DNA of 64,000 bases from Mucilaginibacter sp. (GCA_965277245.1 OZ255719.1:2894076-2958075); one strand, 5' to 3'. Shown: positions 9,940 through 20,508, numbered from the stretch's first letter. A program made the numbers and translations. The notes: generated by a model from the sequence alone, not told the origin.

Positions 9940-10455
9940 ATGCCATTAATCCTCCCCGTAAAAGACAAGAGCCCGTCATGGGGAGCAGATTGCTTTATTG
10001 CAGACAACTGCACCATAGTTGGCGATGTTGTTATGGGCAACAAATGCTCTGTTTGGTTTAACGCGGTGATTCGTGGTGATGTAAACAGTATTAAGATAGG
10101 CAATAACACTAACATCCAGGACGGTGCGGTTATTCACGCTACGTACTTAAAAGCAGCTACTACAATTGGTAATTATGTATCTATTGGTCATAACGCCATT
10201 GTGCATGGCTGTACGCTGCAAGACCACACCCTAATTGGTATGGGCGCCATTGTAATGGATCACGCCATTGTGGAGCCTTATGTGATCATTGGCGCGGGCT
10301 CTGTTGTGTTAGAACATGCAGTGTGCGAAACAGGCTTTTTATATGCTGGTACGCCTGCTAAAAAAATAAAGCCACTTACCGGCGAGCAAATCACTTTATT
10401 AGATAAACTGCCCGATAATTATATCCTGTATTCGAGCTGGTTTATGGAAGGCTAG
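9940..10455 (+). CDS. gamma carbonic anhydrase family (hexapeptide-repeat) protein
   Basis: 'VWFNAVIRGDVNSIKIG..TNIQDG.VIH', 'IGHNAIVHGC'. Confidence 0.93.
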   Translation: MPLILPVKDKSPSWGADCFIADNCTIVGDVVMGNKCSVWFNAVIRGDVNSIKIGNNTNIQDGAVIHATYLKAATTIGNYVSIGHNAIVHGCTLQDHTLIGMGAIVMDHAIVEPYVIIGAGSVVLEHAVCETGFLYAGTPAKKIKPLTGEQITLLDKLPDNYILYSSWFMEG

Positions 10456-12082
10456 TTTCGCGCGGGATATCTACTGCTTCTTCTGTTTCCCAGTTAGCAC
10501 GTAACGTTATTTCCTTTTCGTACAGCCAAATTTTTTCGGGCTGTGTGCCCGTTTTTACCAAGCCGCTGTCCCATACGCCATTGCGGTTATTATCATAAAT
10601 TATACGCACCTGGTACCTGCCGGTCAAATAATCTTTTAAAACAACCGATGTGGTTTTGTTGAAGGTTATTGTGCGTAAAATATTTTTCTGCACATTTAAT
10701 ATCTGTGCTACATAAGCTTTTGAAGTGTCGGGCACATTTAGCTTAATAGTGAGCGTACCATAGTTTTCGGGCTTGTTAATGGCAAATTTACGTATAGAAG
10801 TTTTATTCTTATCACCGTAAATATCTATAAATGCACCTTCGTTCAATACAATCTTATAAGCAGCGCCTTGTCGCCAGCGGTATTTAATGTTTAAAAGTTT
10901 TGCGTTCATAACATCCCTGGTCGCCGCGAAATTCACATTTACCGAGTCTTCAGTAATGCTTATCAGGTCGGGGTTAAAGGACTCGATAGGCTCATTGGCA
11001 AACACCTGTAGGTCGGCTCCGGGCTTTAACAGGTCGCCATTGCCCAGGTTATATTTAAACGTGATAATTCGGGTAAAAGATTCCTTTCGCCCTTTGCGCA
11101 TATAGATGGTGTCTAACGCCTTCTGTTTGTCGAAAAAGGCAACCCGTACAGAATCAAAATCCATGTTTTTTAAATATACCTGTGCAGTATCTTTTGTCGG
11201 GCTTATATCCACATATTTACTTTCGTCAACGCCGGCCGGGTAGGTAATTTTTACAGATGGTTCTATTAGCTGCTTGTTAAATTTAAAAAAGAGTTTGCCA
11301 TCGGGGTCAAAGCGGCGCTCAAGTAATCTAAATTTTTCGGGTGTTTGTTTAAATAGTCGTAACGAAATATTGGAAGTATCTTTAGTTACATGTATAGGGT
11401 TCTTTAAAAAAGCAATTAATTCCTGGTCGTTATCATAGATTTTATTCGGGCTAATCTCTTTTAACGCATAGATCTTGTAATCTCCCTCTGCCAGATTATT
11501 CAGGGTGAAATTGCCTGACGAATCCGTACTTGTAAAAATTAATGGCTTCTTTTTCCCGAATAATGAATCCTGCCTTAACGGGAAAAGCATAACTGTAGCT
11601 TCTTTTTCTTTTGCCTGGGTTTCGGTATTGGTAACATTGCCCGATATGGAAAGCGAGTCAATATGTGTACCTGTCGAAAACACATAGGTAAAATTCTTAA
11701 GCACATTGCCTTCATTTACATCGGCAATTGCTTTACCAAAATTTATAACGTAGGTGGTGTTTTTTTGTAAGCTATCGCGGAAATCGATCACCAGTTTTTT
11801 TTGGCGGATTTTATATTCCGGGCTTTTCTCCATAGCTGGGCTCATGCTTATTTCCGAATATTGATTAGTGAGTTTAAAAAACTCGTCAAACTGCAATTCA
11901 ATTTCTTTCGCTTTGAAATTGCGGGTCATGTTCTCCGGGTTTGCCTTCAAAAGTTTTGGGGGTGTACGATCGCGCGGGCCCCCTTGTGGCTTCTGGATGC
12001 TTGCACAGCTTGCCATTACGAAATTAAGCGCAACTGCCAGTATCAAATATTCAAAAATGAGGCGTTTTGTTTTTAAGGGCAT
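10442..12082 (-). CDS. Ig-like (Big_5-type) domain lipoprotein
   Basis: Lipobox VMASC followed by 'PQGGPRDRTPP', 'YVINFGKAIADVNEGN', 'YDNNRNGVWDSG...QPEK'. Confidence 0.8.
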   Translation of the reverse strand: MPLKTKRLIFEYLILAVALNFVMASCASIQKPQGGPRDRTPPKLLKANPENMTRNFKAKEIELQFDEFFKLTNQYSEISMSPAMEKSPEYKIRQKKLVIDFRDSLQKNTTYVINFGKAIADVNEGNVLKNFTYVFSTGTHIDSLSISGNVTNTETQAKEKEATVMLFPLRQDSLFGKKKPLIFTSTDSSGNFTLNNLAEGDYKIYALKEISPNKIYDNDQELIAFLKNPIHVTKDTSNISLRLFKQTPEKFRLLERRFDPDGKLFFKFNKQLIEPSVKITYPAGVDESKYVDISPTKDTAQVYLKNMDFDSVRVAFFDKQKALDTIYMRKGRKESFTRIITFKYNLGNGDLLKPGADLQVFANEPIESFNPDLISITEDSVNVNFAATRDVMNAKLLNIKYRWRQGAAYKIVLNEGAFIDIYGDKNKTSIRKFAINKPENYGTLTIKLNVPDTSKAYVAQILNVQKNILRTITFNKTTSVVLKDYLTGRYQVRIIYDNNRNGVWDSGLVKTGTQPEKIWLYEKEITLRANWETEEAVDIPRETSLP

Positions 12083-12187
12083 TTTTAAGCGTTATAGAAC
12101 ACTTTCGCTTTTTTTTGAAGTGCTATATTAAAATGTGAAAATAATTAATTTAAAAGGAATGTTTGTAACATGCTTATTATCAGTGTT

Positions 12188-14056
12188 TTATCCTCGTCTC
12201 GACATGTGGACCATCAAAACCGAAATGTCTGAAGGCGAAACACCCGATATTCTGGAAGCCTGACCTAATGTACGTGGTTTTATCTTCATTAATTTTTCGC
12301 GCGCTTCTTTTGATAGCGAGCCGAGTTTATGATAATCAAATTCCGGGTTAATTTCATTGTTCTCCATTTTCTTCATTCGTTCTACAATCTCCAGCTCTTT
12401 TTCAAAATAGCTTTCATATTTAATCTTAATCTCGGCCTGTTCAATGGTGTCTTTGTCGTAAGCGGATAATAATTCTGCAAGAGATCTGTCAATTTGCAGC
12501 AGGTCCTTAAATTCCACTTGCGGCCGGCTTAATAAATTAAACAGCTTTGCGCCCTGAGCAATCGGGCTTGTACCCAATTCTCCCAGTAAGTCATTTACTG
12601 CCGATGGATCTATAGATTTCGTTTTCGTGTAAGAAACAATATCGTCAGAGTTTTTTACCTTATCCTTTACTTTTTGAAGGCGTTCAGCACTGATTAATCC
12701 CAATTCAAATCCGAGCGGGCTAAGCCTGATGTCTGCATTATCCTGGCGCAGTAATAATCTATGCTCGGCACGGGAAGTGAACATACGGTATGGCTCTTCG
12801 GTGCCCTTGGTTACAAGATCGTCTATGAGTACCCCAATATAAGATTCAGACCTTTTTAATATCACAGGCGCTTTACCATGCACATTCTGATGAGCGTTTA
12901 TACCCGCCATTAAACCCTGCGACGCCGCTTCTTCATATCCGGTAGTTCCATTGATCTGCCCCGCAAAGAAGAGGTTTTTAACCAGTTTGGTTTCCAATGT
13001 AAGACCCAGTTGCGTAGGCGGGAAATAATCGTATTCGATGGCATAGCCCGGGCGAAACATTTTTACGTTCTCAAAGCCAGGAATTTTTTTCAAAGCGCGA
13101 TACTGCACATCCTCTGGCAGCGATGTAGAAAAACCATTCACGTAAATTTCCACGGTTTCGAAGCCTTCCGGCTCTACAAAAATCTGATGTCGGTCGCGCT
13201 CGGCAAACCGGTTTATTTTATCTTCTATAGATGGGCAATATCTTGGGCCTAACCCTTTGATCCGGCCGGTAAACATTGGCGACTTTTCAAAGCCTTCCTT
13301 TAAAGTTTCATGAACATCGGGGTTTGTATAAGTTATCCAGCAACAACGTTTAGCCGTTGGTCGTTCTACATCGGTATAGGAAAAACGCCCGGGATCTTCA
13401 TCACCCCATTGCTCTTCCAATTTACTGTAGTCAAGGCTGCGGCCATCAACCCGTGGCGGTGTACCGGTTTTCATTCTACCGGCTTCAAAACCTAATAATT
13501 CGAGACTTTCGGTTAACCCTGTTGCGGCTTTTTCGCCCGTCCTGCCGCCGCCAAAACGTTTTTCGCCAATGTGAATGGTCCCATTCAAAAATGTGCCGTT
13601 AGTAAGCACTATTGCATGTGCTTCGATTTCGACCCCCAATGAAGTTTGTATGCCGCTAACGTTCCCGTCTTTTACAACTAAGCCGTTCACCATGTCTTGC
13701 CAAATATCTACCCTGGGTGTACGCTCTAAAGCCAGGCGCCACTCCTCTGCATAGCGCATGCGATCGTTTTGTGCGCGTGGGCTCCACATGGCCGGGCCTT
13801 TAGAGAGATTAAGCATCCGGAATTGAAGCGTAGTTTTGTCGGCAATAATACCCGAATAACCACCCATCGCATCAATCTCGCGCACTATCTGTCCTTTAGC
13901 TACTCCACCCATGGCGGGATTACAACTCATTTGTGCTATAGTACCCATGTTCATGGTGATCAATAACACAGACGAGCCCATATTTGCGGCGGCCGCTGCG
14001 GCCTCGCAGCCGGCATGCCCCGCACCAACAACTATAACATCGTATTTTTTAAACAT
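12188..14056 (-). CDS. mnmG: tRNA uridine-5-carboxymethylaminomethyl(34) synthesis enzyme MnmG (GidA)
   Basis: '[16 protein letters not shown]', 'MSCNPAMGG', '[11 protein letters not shown]', '[14 protein letters not shown]', 'YRMFTSRAE'. Confidence 0.98.
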   Translation of the reverse strand: MFKKYDVIVVGAGHAGCEAAAAAANMGSSVLLITMNMGTIAQMSCNPAMGGVAKGQIVREIDAMGGYSGIIADKTTLQFRMLNLSKGPAMWSPRAQNDRMRYAEEWRLALERTPRVDIWQDMVNGLVVKDGNVSGIQTSLGVEIEAHAIVLTNGTFLNGTIHIGEKRFGGGRTGEKAATGLTESLELLGFEAGRMKTGTPPRVDGRSLDYSKLEEQWGDEDPGRFSYTDVERPTAKRCCWITYTNPDVHETLKEGFEKSPMFTGRIKGLGPRYCPSIEDKINRFAERDRHQIFVEPEGFETVEIYVNGFSTSLPEDVQYRALKKIPGFENVKMFRPGYAIEYDYFPPTQLGLTLETKLVKNLFFAGQINGTTGYEEAASQGLMAGINAHQNVHGKAPVILKRSESYIGVLIDDLVTKGTEEPYRMFTSRAEHRLLLRQDNADIRLSPLGFELGLISAERLQKVKDKVKNSDDIVSYTKTKSIDPSAVNDLLGELGTSPIAQGAKLFNLLSRPQVEFKDLLQIDRSLAELLSAYDKDTIEQAEIKIKYESYFEKELEIVERMKKMENNEINPEFDYHKLGSLSKEAREKLMKIKPRTLGQASRISGVSPSDISVLMVHMSRRG

Positions 14057-14064
14057 AACACACA

Positions 14065-14080
14065 TGTTCCACGTGGAACA
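14065..14080. promoter_or_regulatory. parS site (ParB-binding palindrome) 1
   Basis: Perfect 16-bp palindrome TGTTCCACGTGGAACA matching the bacterial parS consensus. Confidence 0.85.
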
Positions 14081-14088
14081 TTACAAAA

Positions 14089-14343
14089 TTAATCTTCATC
14101 TTTTGATGTTCCACGTGGAACACCGAATAATGACAATAGCGCGAAACTTGCCCAAATTGCCTCCAGTACAATAAAGGGATAAAACTTAATTAAAATAGAA
14201 GAAATACAGCACAACACCGCACCTACAAAATTCATTAAAGTGTATAACCTGCTCTGTGCAGGCAACTTTTTATAAAGGTTTAGCAAAAACGCCATTAATA
14301 ATACTATAACACCTGATGATGCTAATACGTCGGAAAGTTTCAT
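14089..14343 (-). CDS. small membrane protein (CBU_0592-like)
   Basis: 84 aa, about 3 TM helices, 'GVIVLLMAFLLN', 'Y.LMNFVGA', 'FYPFIVLEAIW'. Confidence 0.75.
   Translation of the reverse strand: MKLSDVLASSGVIVLLMAFLLNLYKKLPAQSRLYTLMNFVGAVLCCISSILIKFYPFIVLEAIWASFALLSLFGVPRGTSKDED
14107..14122. promoter_or_regulatory. parS site 2 (inside the 3' end of the upstream membrane-protein gene)
   Basis: Second identical TGTTCCACGTGGAACA, starting 42 bp after the first. Confidence 0.85.
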
Positions 14344-16200
14344 TTATTGTTTCTCTGAAAGTTCTAACCACCGTAAGGATTTCTCATCGATAACGGCTGT
14401 AAGTGATTGTATCTGTTTTGCTGTAAAGGCTAATTCATCGTGTACAAGACCATTTGAATTTAACTGATCTGTAAGCCTCGAAATTTCTGATTCATGCTCA
14501 CCGATTTGTTGTTCAATTTCGCTGAGTTCTTTTTGCTCCTTGAACGAGAGCTTAGATTTTGCAGGCCCCGGTTTAGCAATGGGCGCAGCTACCGGTTTCT
14601 TGCCGCCAAACTTTGCTTCTTCTTCTAAATCTGTTCGGTATGACGAATAATTTCCATTATAAATAGTAACGCTCCCGCTTCCATCTAAGATAAATAGCTG
14701 GTCTACCAGTTTGTCTAACAAATACCTGTCGTGCGATACCAACAACAACACCCCCGTATAGTTCATTAAAAATTCTTCAAGCACGTTTAAGGTGTCTATA
14801 TCCAGATCATTAGTCGGCTCATCAAGAATTAGAAAATTAGGGTTCTGCATTAAAATTCGCATCAATTGCAAACGCTTTTTCTCTCCACCGCTTAAGTTGG
14901 TAACAAACCCAAATTGCTTAACAGGCGGAAAAAGGAATTGAGTAAGCAGCTGCGAGGCCGTTATGGTTTTGCCATCGGCCATGGTAATATATTCTGCAAC
15001 ATTCTTTACAATATCAATAACCCGCTCATCTTCCTGAAAGGTAATACCAGTTTGATTAAAATAACCCATTACTGTTGTTTCGCCTTTTGCCACAAGGCCT
15101 TTATCTGGATGTAAGCCCCCGGTTATAATGTTAAGTAATGTGGACTTACCGCTCCCATTTTTTCCAGCTATACCAATACGGTCGCCTTTTTTAAATATGT
15201 AAGAAAAATTGCTAAATACCTCCCTGCCTTCAAAGCTTTTGCCAATGTGTTCAAGTTCGATGATCTTATTTCCCTGGCGCGCTGTTTTTAAGCTTAACTG
15301 TACTTTATCTTTTTGATTGATCTTGGTTTTATCTTCCAGCTCATAAAAGGCATCAATACGTGCTTTAGATTTTGTTCCTCTTGCTTGCGGTTGGCGGCGC
15401 ATCCATTCCAGCTCTTTTTTTAACAACTGCGTGTTTTTTTGAAACTGTGCGGCATCGGTAGCGTCGCGCTCTGCCTTTTTCTCCAAATAGTATTGATAAT
15501 TACCGTGATAAGGAAAAAGTTTGCCGTTATCTATTTCTATTATTTCATTACACACGTTATCTAAAAAGTATCTATCGTGCGTAACCATGATAATGGTCTT
15601 TCCACCGTCTGTAAGCAGTTTCTCTAACCACTCAATGGTGTCAATATCTAAATGGTTAGTAGGCTCGTCAAGTACATAAACATCGGGCTCCTGTATAAGC
15701 ATACCGGCAAGGGCTAAGCGTTTGCGCTGCCCGCCAGATAAAGTACCTATTTTTTGATTTAAATGATGAATATCTAACCTGCCTAAAATTTGTTTGATCT
15801 CGTATTCATAAGACCAGGCATCGGCCATGCTTAACTCCTCGGATATGCGATTGATCTCGGCCTCATTATAAGGATCATTATCTAATAATTCTTCGTATTG
15901 GCGAATTAATTGTTGCTGTATATTATCAGAACTAAAAATAAAATCACTGATCGTGTCGTCCAGGGTAAATTTGGGATCTTGATCTAAATAGCTTATCCTC
16001 AAATCTTTAGCCCTAACAGCCTTACCTTCAACCGGTATAAGCTGGCCTGCTAAAATTCTCAATAAGGTAGACTTGCCGGCACCGTTAATACCAACGAGCG
16101 CCACGCGCCTGCCGCGGTTTATACCGATGGTAACATTTTTAAATAACCATTTGTCGTGAAATGAATGCCCTAAACTTTCTCCTGATAAATATGTACTCAC
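14344..16200 (-). CDS. ABC-F family ATP-binding protein (Uup-like)
   Basis: Two ABC cassettes (GINGAGKST, LSGGQRKR, LDEPTNHLD; GKNGSGKST, LSGGEKKR), no TM segments, C-terminal coiled coil. Confidence 0.93.
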   Translation of the reverse strand: MSTYLSGESLGHSFHDKWLFKNVTIGINRGRRVALVGINGAGKSTLLRILAGQLIPVEGKAVRAKDLRISYLDQDPKFTLDDTISDFIFSSDNIQQQLIRQYEELLDNDPYNEAEINRISEELSMADAWSYEYEIKQILGRLDIHHLNQKIGTLSGGQRKRLALAGMLIQEPDVYVLDEPTNHLDIDTIEWLEKLLTDGGKTIIMVTHDRYFLDNVCNEIIEIDNGKLFPYHGNYQYYLEKKAERDATDAAQFQKNTQLLKKELEWMRRQPQARGTKSKARIDAFYELEDKTKINQKDKVQLSLKTARQGNKIIELEHIGKSFEGREVFSNFSYIFKKGDRIGIAGKNGSGKSTLLNIITGGLHPDKGLVAKGETTVMGYFNQTGITFQEDERVIDIVKNVAEYITMADGKTITASQLLTQFLFPPVKQFGFVTNLSGGEKKRLQLMRILMQNPNFLILDEPTNDLDIDTLNVLEEFLMNYTGVLLLVSHDRYLLDKLVDQLFILDGSGSVTIYNGNYSSYRTDLEEEAKFGGKKPVAAPIAKPGPAKSKLSFKEQKELSEIEQQIGEHESEISRLTDQLNSNGLVHDELAFTAKQIQSLTAVIDEKSLRWLELSEKQ

Positions 16201-16850
16201 GCTAAATTTTGAATATGATCTGATGGATGGATATATAAGCCATTTTCGGGCCTTAAAGATTGATTGTACATGGCTTGCGCCACTAATTGCGCAGGTATGC
16301 TACGATATTTTTTTAATCTACCAACCAATAATGGATTGATAAATGACATAACCAATAACGCAACTTTCTCAAGCGGCCTGCTCTCTTTCCTGTTGCCCGT
16401 TAAGGCTGACGGCTGATAAATATGTAAGCAAGGCAAGTCCTGGTGTATTAAAGCGTACTCTGCATCGCCCTTCATTTTAGTATAAAAATTAGACGAATGC
16501 ATATCTGCTCCTATTGATGAAACAAAATGATACTGCCTAAAATGATTAGCCTTCGTTATTTCAGCCAGTTCTACAGGGTAGTCGAGATCTACTTTGCGGT
16601 AATCGGCAAGATTGGGCGTTCTTTTTTTAGTTGAGCCAAGGCAGCAAAATAAAATGTTCCCTGTAATATTAGCAGCAAACTGATCTAGTTTGTCAAAATC
16701 AATAACAAGCTGCACCATTTTTTTATGCTGAAACGGTAATTCCCGCCGGCATAAAACCAAAACTTCCTGATAGTCATTATTTTGAAGGATAATATTAAGC
16801 AAATAACTTCCAACCAATCCAGATGCGCCTGCTATAACTGCCTTTCTCAT
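16197..16850 (-). CDS. NAD(P)-binding oxidoreductase (TIP30/HTATIP2-like)
   Basis: 'AVIAGASGLVG', 'FCCLGST', 'VDLDYP', 'FYTKMKG'. Confidence 0.85.
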   Translation of the reverse strand: MRKAVIAGASGLVGSYLLNIILQNNDYQEVLVLCRRELPFQHKKMVQLVIDFDKLDQFAANITGNILFCCLGSTKKRTPNLADYRKVDLDYPVELAEITKANHFRQYHFVSSIGADMHSSNFYTKMKGDAEYALIHQDLPCLHIYQPSALTGNRKESRPLEKVALLVMSFINPLLVGRLKKYRSIPAQLVAQAMYNQSLRPENGLYIHPSDHIQNLA

Positions 16851-17047
16851 ACCTGTACAAAAGTAGGCAAAAAACAAGCGTGTTTTAGCGGGCGATACAT
16901 CTTCAAACAAAAAGGGCTAACGTGCGTTTTTTATAAAGTTCATTTCAATTGTAACCAAAGCGCACCTGCGTTATCTGATTGTCTTTTCTAAGGCGTACGC
17001 TGAAACCAATTTATTGAACACAAACAACGTTAAAGGTTTACCGGTAT

Positions 17048-17824
17048 ATGGCAGAACAGGTTTTACCCGCATGGAAAAAATGGCTGATATCAATTGGCGA
17101 CCAGGGAGAATTTTTTTCCAGATTTGTAAGGAATATATTTTCCGGTGGTTTCGAATGGTCAGAATTTGTAAGGCAGTGTTATGAGATAGGCTACCGGTCT
17201 ATTGGGCTGGTAGGGATAACCTCATTTATAATGGGTTTGGTGCTCATTTTACAATTACGCCCTACTATGGTTGCCTTTGGTGCCGAGGCAATGCTGCCGC
17301 ATACGCTATCAGTATCACTAATCCGCGAGATAGGACCGGTAATAACGGGCATTATATGCGCAGGTAAAATAGCCTCCAGTATAGGAGCAGAGCTGGGGAG
17401 TATGAAGGTTACAGAACAGATAGACGCCATGGATGTGTCTGGCGCTAACCCGATACAATACCTGGTTGTTACCCGCATTTTAGCTGCCACGTTAATGATC
17501 CCCCTGCTTGCCATGATTGGCGACGTAATTGGCTTGATAGGTGGCTATTTAGCAGTAAATTTTACAGACAGTATTAGCTTTCACCTGTATTTTAGCAAGT
17601 GTATTGCCGCGCTCGACTTTACAGATTATATGCCTGCCCTTATTAAGACATTCTTTTTTGGCTTTGCTATTGGCTTTGTAGGGTGTTACAAGGGTTATAA
17701 TTCTGATAAGGGAACAGAAAGTGTTGGTGTAGCGGCAAATTCTGCAGTTGTTACCGCTTCTTTATGGATATTTTTTATTGATATGATAGTTGTACAGATA
17801 AGCACTATTTTATTTTACAAATAA
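17048..17824 (+). CDS. mlaE: MlaE-family ABC permease
   Basis: 'LIREIGPVITGIICAGKIASSIGAELGSMKVTEQIDAM'. Confidence 0.93.
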   Translation: MAEQVLPAWKKWLISIGDQGEFFSRFVRNIFSGGFEWSEFVRQCYEIGYRSIGLVGITSFIMGLVLILQLRPTMVAFGAEAMLPHTLSVSLIREIGPVITGIICAGKIASSIGAELGSMKVTEQIDAMDVSGANPIQYLVVTRILAATLMIPLLAMIGDVIGLIGGYLAVNFTDSISFHLYFSKCIAALDFTDYMPALIKTFFFGFAIGFVGCYKGYNSDKGTESVGVAANSAVVTASLWIFFIDMIVVQISTILFYK

Positions 17825-18615
17825 TGGACGAGGTAGTTGATATAGCCGAAAATAAAGCCTTAACCAACAAGGATGATAAAGAGGTGATCATAGAAATAAA
17901 AGGTTTAAAAAAAGCCTTTGGCGACAAAGAGGTGCTTAAAAATATAAACCTTAAGGTTAACCGCGGCGAGAACCTTGTAGTCCTTGGCCGGTCGGGCCAA
18001 GGCAAGTCTGTAACTATCCAGTGTATTGTTGGGATGCTTACGCCCGATGAAGGATCAGTAAAAGTATTTGGAGAGGAAGTGGGTGAGCTGAACGAAAGAG
18101 ACCTTAAGGATCTGCGAACAAAAATCGGGTTTCTTTTTCAGGGGGCTGCCCTTTTTGATTCCATGACGGTAAAAGAAAACCTGGAATTCCCATTAACCCG
18201 GGTTCTTAAATTAACAGACCAGGCAGATATAGATAAACGCGTGGAAACCGTTCTTGATGGCGTAGGATTACCGGAAGCCGGCGGCAAAATGCCATCTGAT
18301 CTATCCGGCGGCATGCGTAAACGGATTGGATTGGCGCGCACATTGGTAGTAAATCCAGAAATTATGCTTTATGACGAACCAACGACCGGACTTGATCCCA
18401 TTACCTCGCGCGAGATAAGCCAGCTTATATTACAGGTTCAAAAAAAATACAAAACAACATCTATTATCATTACACACGATATGGAATGCGCAAAAATAAC
18501 CAGCGATTACGTGGTAGTTATGAACGATGGGGAATACGTAGCGGAAGGTACTTTTGAAGAACTTCAAAAATCAGACAACGAATTAGTAAAATCATTTTTC
18601 ATTGACACATTATGA
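17824..18615 (+). CDS. mlaF: MlaF-family ABC ATPase
   Basis: GRSGQGKS, 'LSGGMRKRIGLAR', 'LYDEPTTGLDP'; between mlaE and mlaD. Confidence 0.9.
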   Translation: MDEVVDIAENKALTNKDDKEVIIEIKGLKKAFGDKEVLKNINLKVNRGENLVVLGRSGQGKSVTIQCIVGMLTPDEGSVKVFGEEVGELNERDLKDLRTKIGFLFQGAALFDSMTVKENLEFPLTRVLKLTDQADIDKRVETVLDGVGLPEAGGKMPSDLSGGMRKRIGLARTLVVNPEIMLYDEPTTGLDPITSREISQLILQVQKKYKTTSIIITHDMECAKITSDYVVVMNDGEYVAEGTFEELQKSDNELVKSFFIDTL

Positions 18616-19424
18616 GAACAACATCCTCACAAAAAATAAAAATAGGCCTGTTTGTTGTAATAGGGCTTATAGTGCTTTTCCTGGGTATTTTTCTTATTGG
18701 CAACCAGAAGAGCATGTTCAGCTCTACATTCACCGTTAACGGCACGTTTAAAAACGTAAGCGGCTTAATGGTTGGTAATAATGTACGGTTTGCCGGTATT
18801 AATGTAGGTGTGGTACAGGGCATTAATATTGTATCAGATAGTACGGTTAAAGTAAACTTAACTCTAAACGAGAGTGTGCGGAAGTTTATAAAAAAGGATT
18901 CGAAAGTTAGCATCGGCAGCGACGGCCTGATGGGCGACAAACTTGTAGTAATAGCTCCCGGTGGCGTTACCAGCCATGAAGAAGTGGCCAACGGCGATCA
19001 GTTGGCGGCAGTTAACCCGGTTGATATTGATAAAATTATAGGGAAGCTAACCAAAGTTGCCGACAATGCCGAACTGATAACATCGAGCTTAGCAGGTGTG
19101 TTTAACGATATGAACCATGGTAAGGGAACATTAGGGCAACTCTTGCATAATGATAAAATTGCCAAAGATCTGGCTGGGACTATAGCATCTGCCAAAACTA
19201 CCATGAGCAATGTAAATACCAGTACGGTAACCCTGCACGAAGATTTAAAGGCGGCCCAGAGCAATTTTTTACTCAAGGGGTTTTTTAACAAGAAAAAGAA
19301 AGCTGCCAAAGCCAGGCAGGATTCGATTAAAAAAGCTCAGGAAAAAGCAGATAAGGAGGCCCAAAAAGCCCAAAAACAAGCAGATAAGGACGCTAAAAAA
19401 GAAGCGAAAGCTAATAGCAATTAA
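18612..19424 (+). CDS. mlaD: MCE/MlaD family protein with Lys/Ala-rich tail
   Basis: N-terminal TM segment, 'VSGLMVGNNVRFAGINVGVV', 'GLMGDKLVVI'. Confidence 0.9.
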   Translation: MRTTSSQKIKIGLFVVIGLIVLFLGIFLIGNQKSMFSSTFTVNGTFKNVSGLMVGNNVRFAGINVGVVQGINIVSDSTVKVNLTLNESVRKFIKKDSKVSIGSDGLMGDKLVVIAPGGVTSHEEVANGDQLAAVNPVDIDKIIGKLTKVADNAELITSSLAGVFNDMNHGKGTLGQLLHNDKIAKDLAGTIASAKTTMSNVNTSTVTLHEDLKAAQSNFLLKGFFNKKKKAAKARQDSIKKAQEKADKEAQKAQKQADKDAKKEAKANSN

Positions 19425-19441
19425 TTATCACCTGGTGATTC

Positions 19442-19506
19442 CGAAAGGTAGAAGGTAAGCCTTCTAAAGAGACTTATAAATGCGGAAGATTCCTAACTAC
19501 CTTTCG
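19442..19506. repeat. inverted repeat / stem-loop between convergent genes
   Basis: CGAAAGGTAG (19442-19451) and CTACCTTTCG (19497-19506) form a perfect 10-bp inverted repeat with an inner AGAAGG-TAAG-CCTTCT hairpin. Confidence 0.6.
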
Positions 19507-19526
19507 AAAACGACAGACTGCTTAAA

Positions 19527-20039
19527 CTATAACGCGCTTGTAATGGCGGGATCTAACGGAGTTGTTTGTGAACGATAGCGGCGGATTAATTTACCACTCT
19601 CATCAATTAAAAATTTCTCGAAATTCCACTTAATGTCGCCTGTAAAATCTGGATTTGGCGCAGTGGTTAAATATTGAAATAACGGATCGATATCTAAACC
19701 CAAAACGCTCACCTTGCCGCTCATTGGAAAGCTTACGTTAAAATTATCGTGGCAAAAGGTTTTTATATCCTGGTTTGTACCCGGCTCCTGGCCGCCAAAG
19801 TTATTAGCCGGAAAACCTACTACAGTTACTTTACCTTTATATTTTTCTGCTAAGGCCTCCAGATCTTTATATTGTTTGGTAAAGCCGCATTTGGAGGCTG
19901 TATTCACGATCAGGATCTTTTTACCGCGATATTTAGACAGGGCCAGTTTACCGCCATCAATGTTCTGTAATTTAAAGTCGAATACCGAAGAAGCAGCTGT
20001 AGTGAACAGCAGTGCAAATACAAGTGCTAATGTTTTCAT
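19527..20039 (-). CDS. glutathione peroxidase family protein (with signal peptide)
   Basis: 'VNTASKCGFT.QY', 'GFPANNFGGQEPG', 'IKWNFEKFL'. Confidence 0.95.
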   Translation of the reverse strand: MKTLALVFALLFTTAASSVFDFKLQNIDGGKLALSKYRGKKILIVNTASKCGFTKQYKDLEALAEKYKGKVTVVGFPANNFGGQEPGTNQDIKTFCHDNFNVSFPMSGKVSVLGLDIDPLFQYLTTAPNPDFTGDIKWNFEKFLIDESGKLIRRYRSQTTPLDPAITSAL

Positions 20040-20082
20040 ATTAAGTGTGTTGTTGTTAATAATTTAAGGCAAATAAAACACT

Positions 20083-20508
20083 TTATTCGGTAATATTATT
20101 CAGGTAAAAGTCTTCTTTTTGAGTCATAAGCTTTTTATCTGCAGGTTTTTTGTCTTTATAGCCGCATAAATGTAACGCGCCGTGTATAAGCACCCGCTGT
20201 AATTCCTGTTGGGCTGTAACGCCAAATTTTTCGGCGTTTTCTTTAATACGCTCAATAGAAATAAAAATATCACCGGTTATTTCTTTTTCTATCTCAGAAT
20301 TGTTAAAGGTGATAATGTCGGTATAGGTGTCATGAGCGAGGTATTGTTGATTGATTTGCAGCAGGTAATCATCAGAACAAAGGATATAATTTAGCTCATT
20401 CAGTTTATAACCTTCGGATATTAAAGTTTCTTTGATCCACTTTTTCAGCTTTAGTTTACTATTAAGTTTAAAACCGATGTCTTCGTTAAAAAAGTTTATT
20501 GCAGGCAT
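20083..20508 (-). CDS. ybeY: rRNA maturation RNase YbeY
   Basis: 'HDTYTDIITF', 'RVLIHGALHLCGYKD'. Confidence 0.95.
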   Translation of the reverse strand: MPAINFFNEDIGFKLNSKLKLKKWIKETLISEGYKLNELNYILCSDDYLLQINQQYLAHDTYTDIITFNNSEIEKEITGDIFISIERIKENAEKFGVTAQQELQRVLIHGALHLCGYKDKKPADKKLMTQKEDFYLNNITE

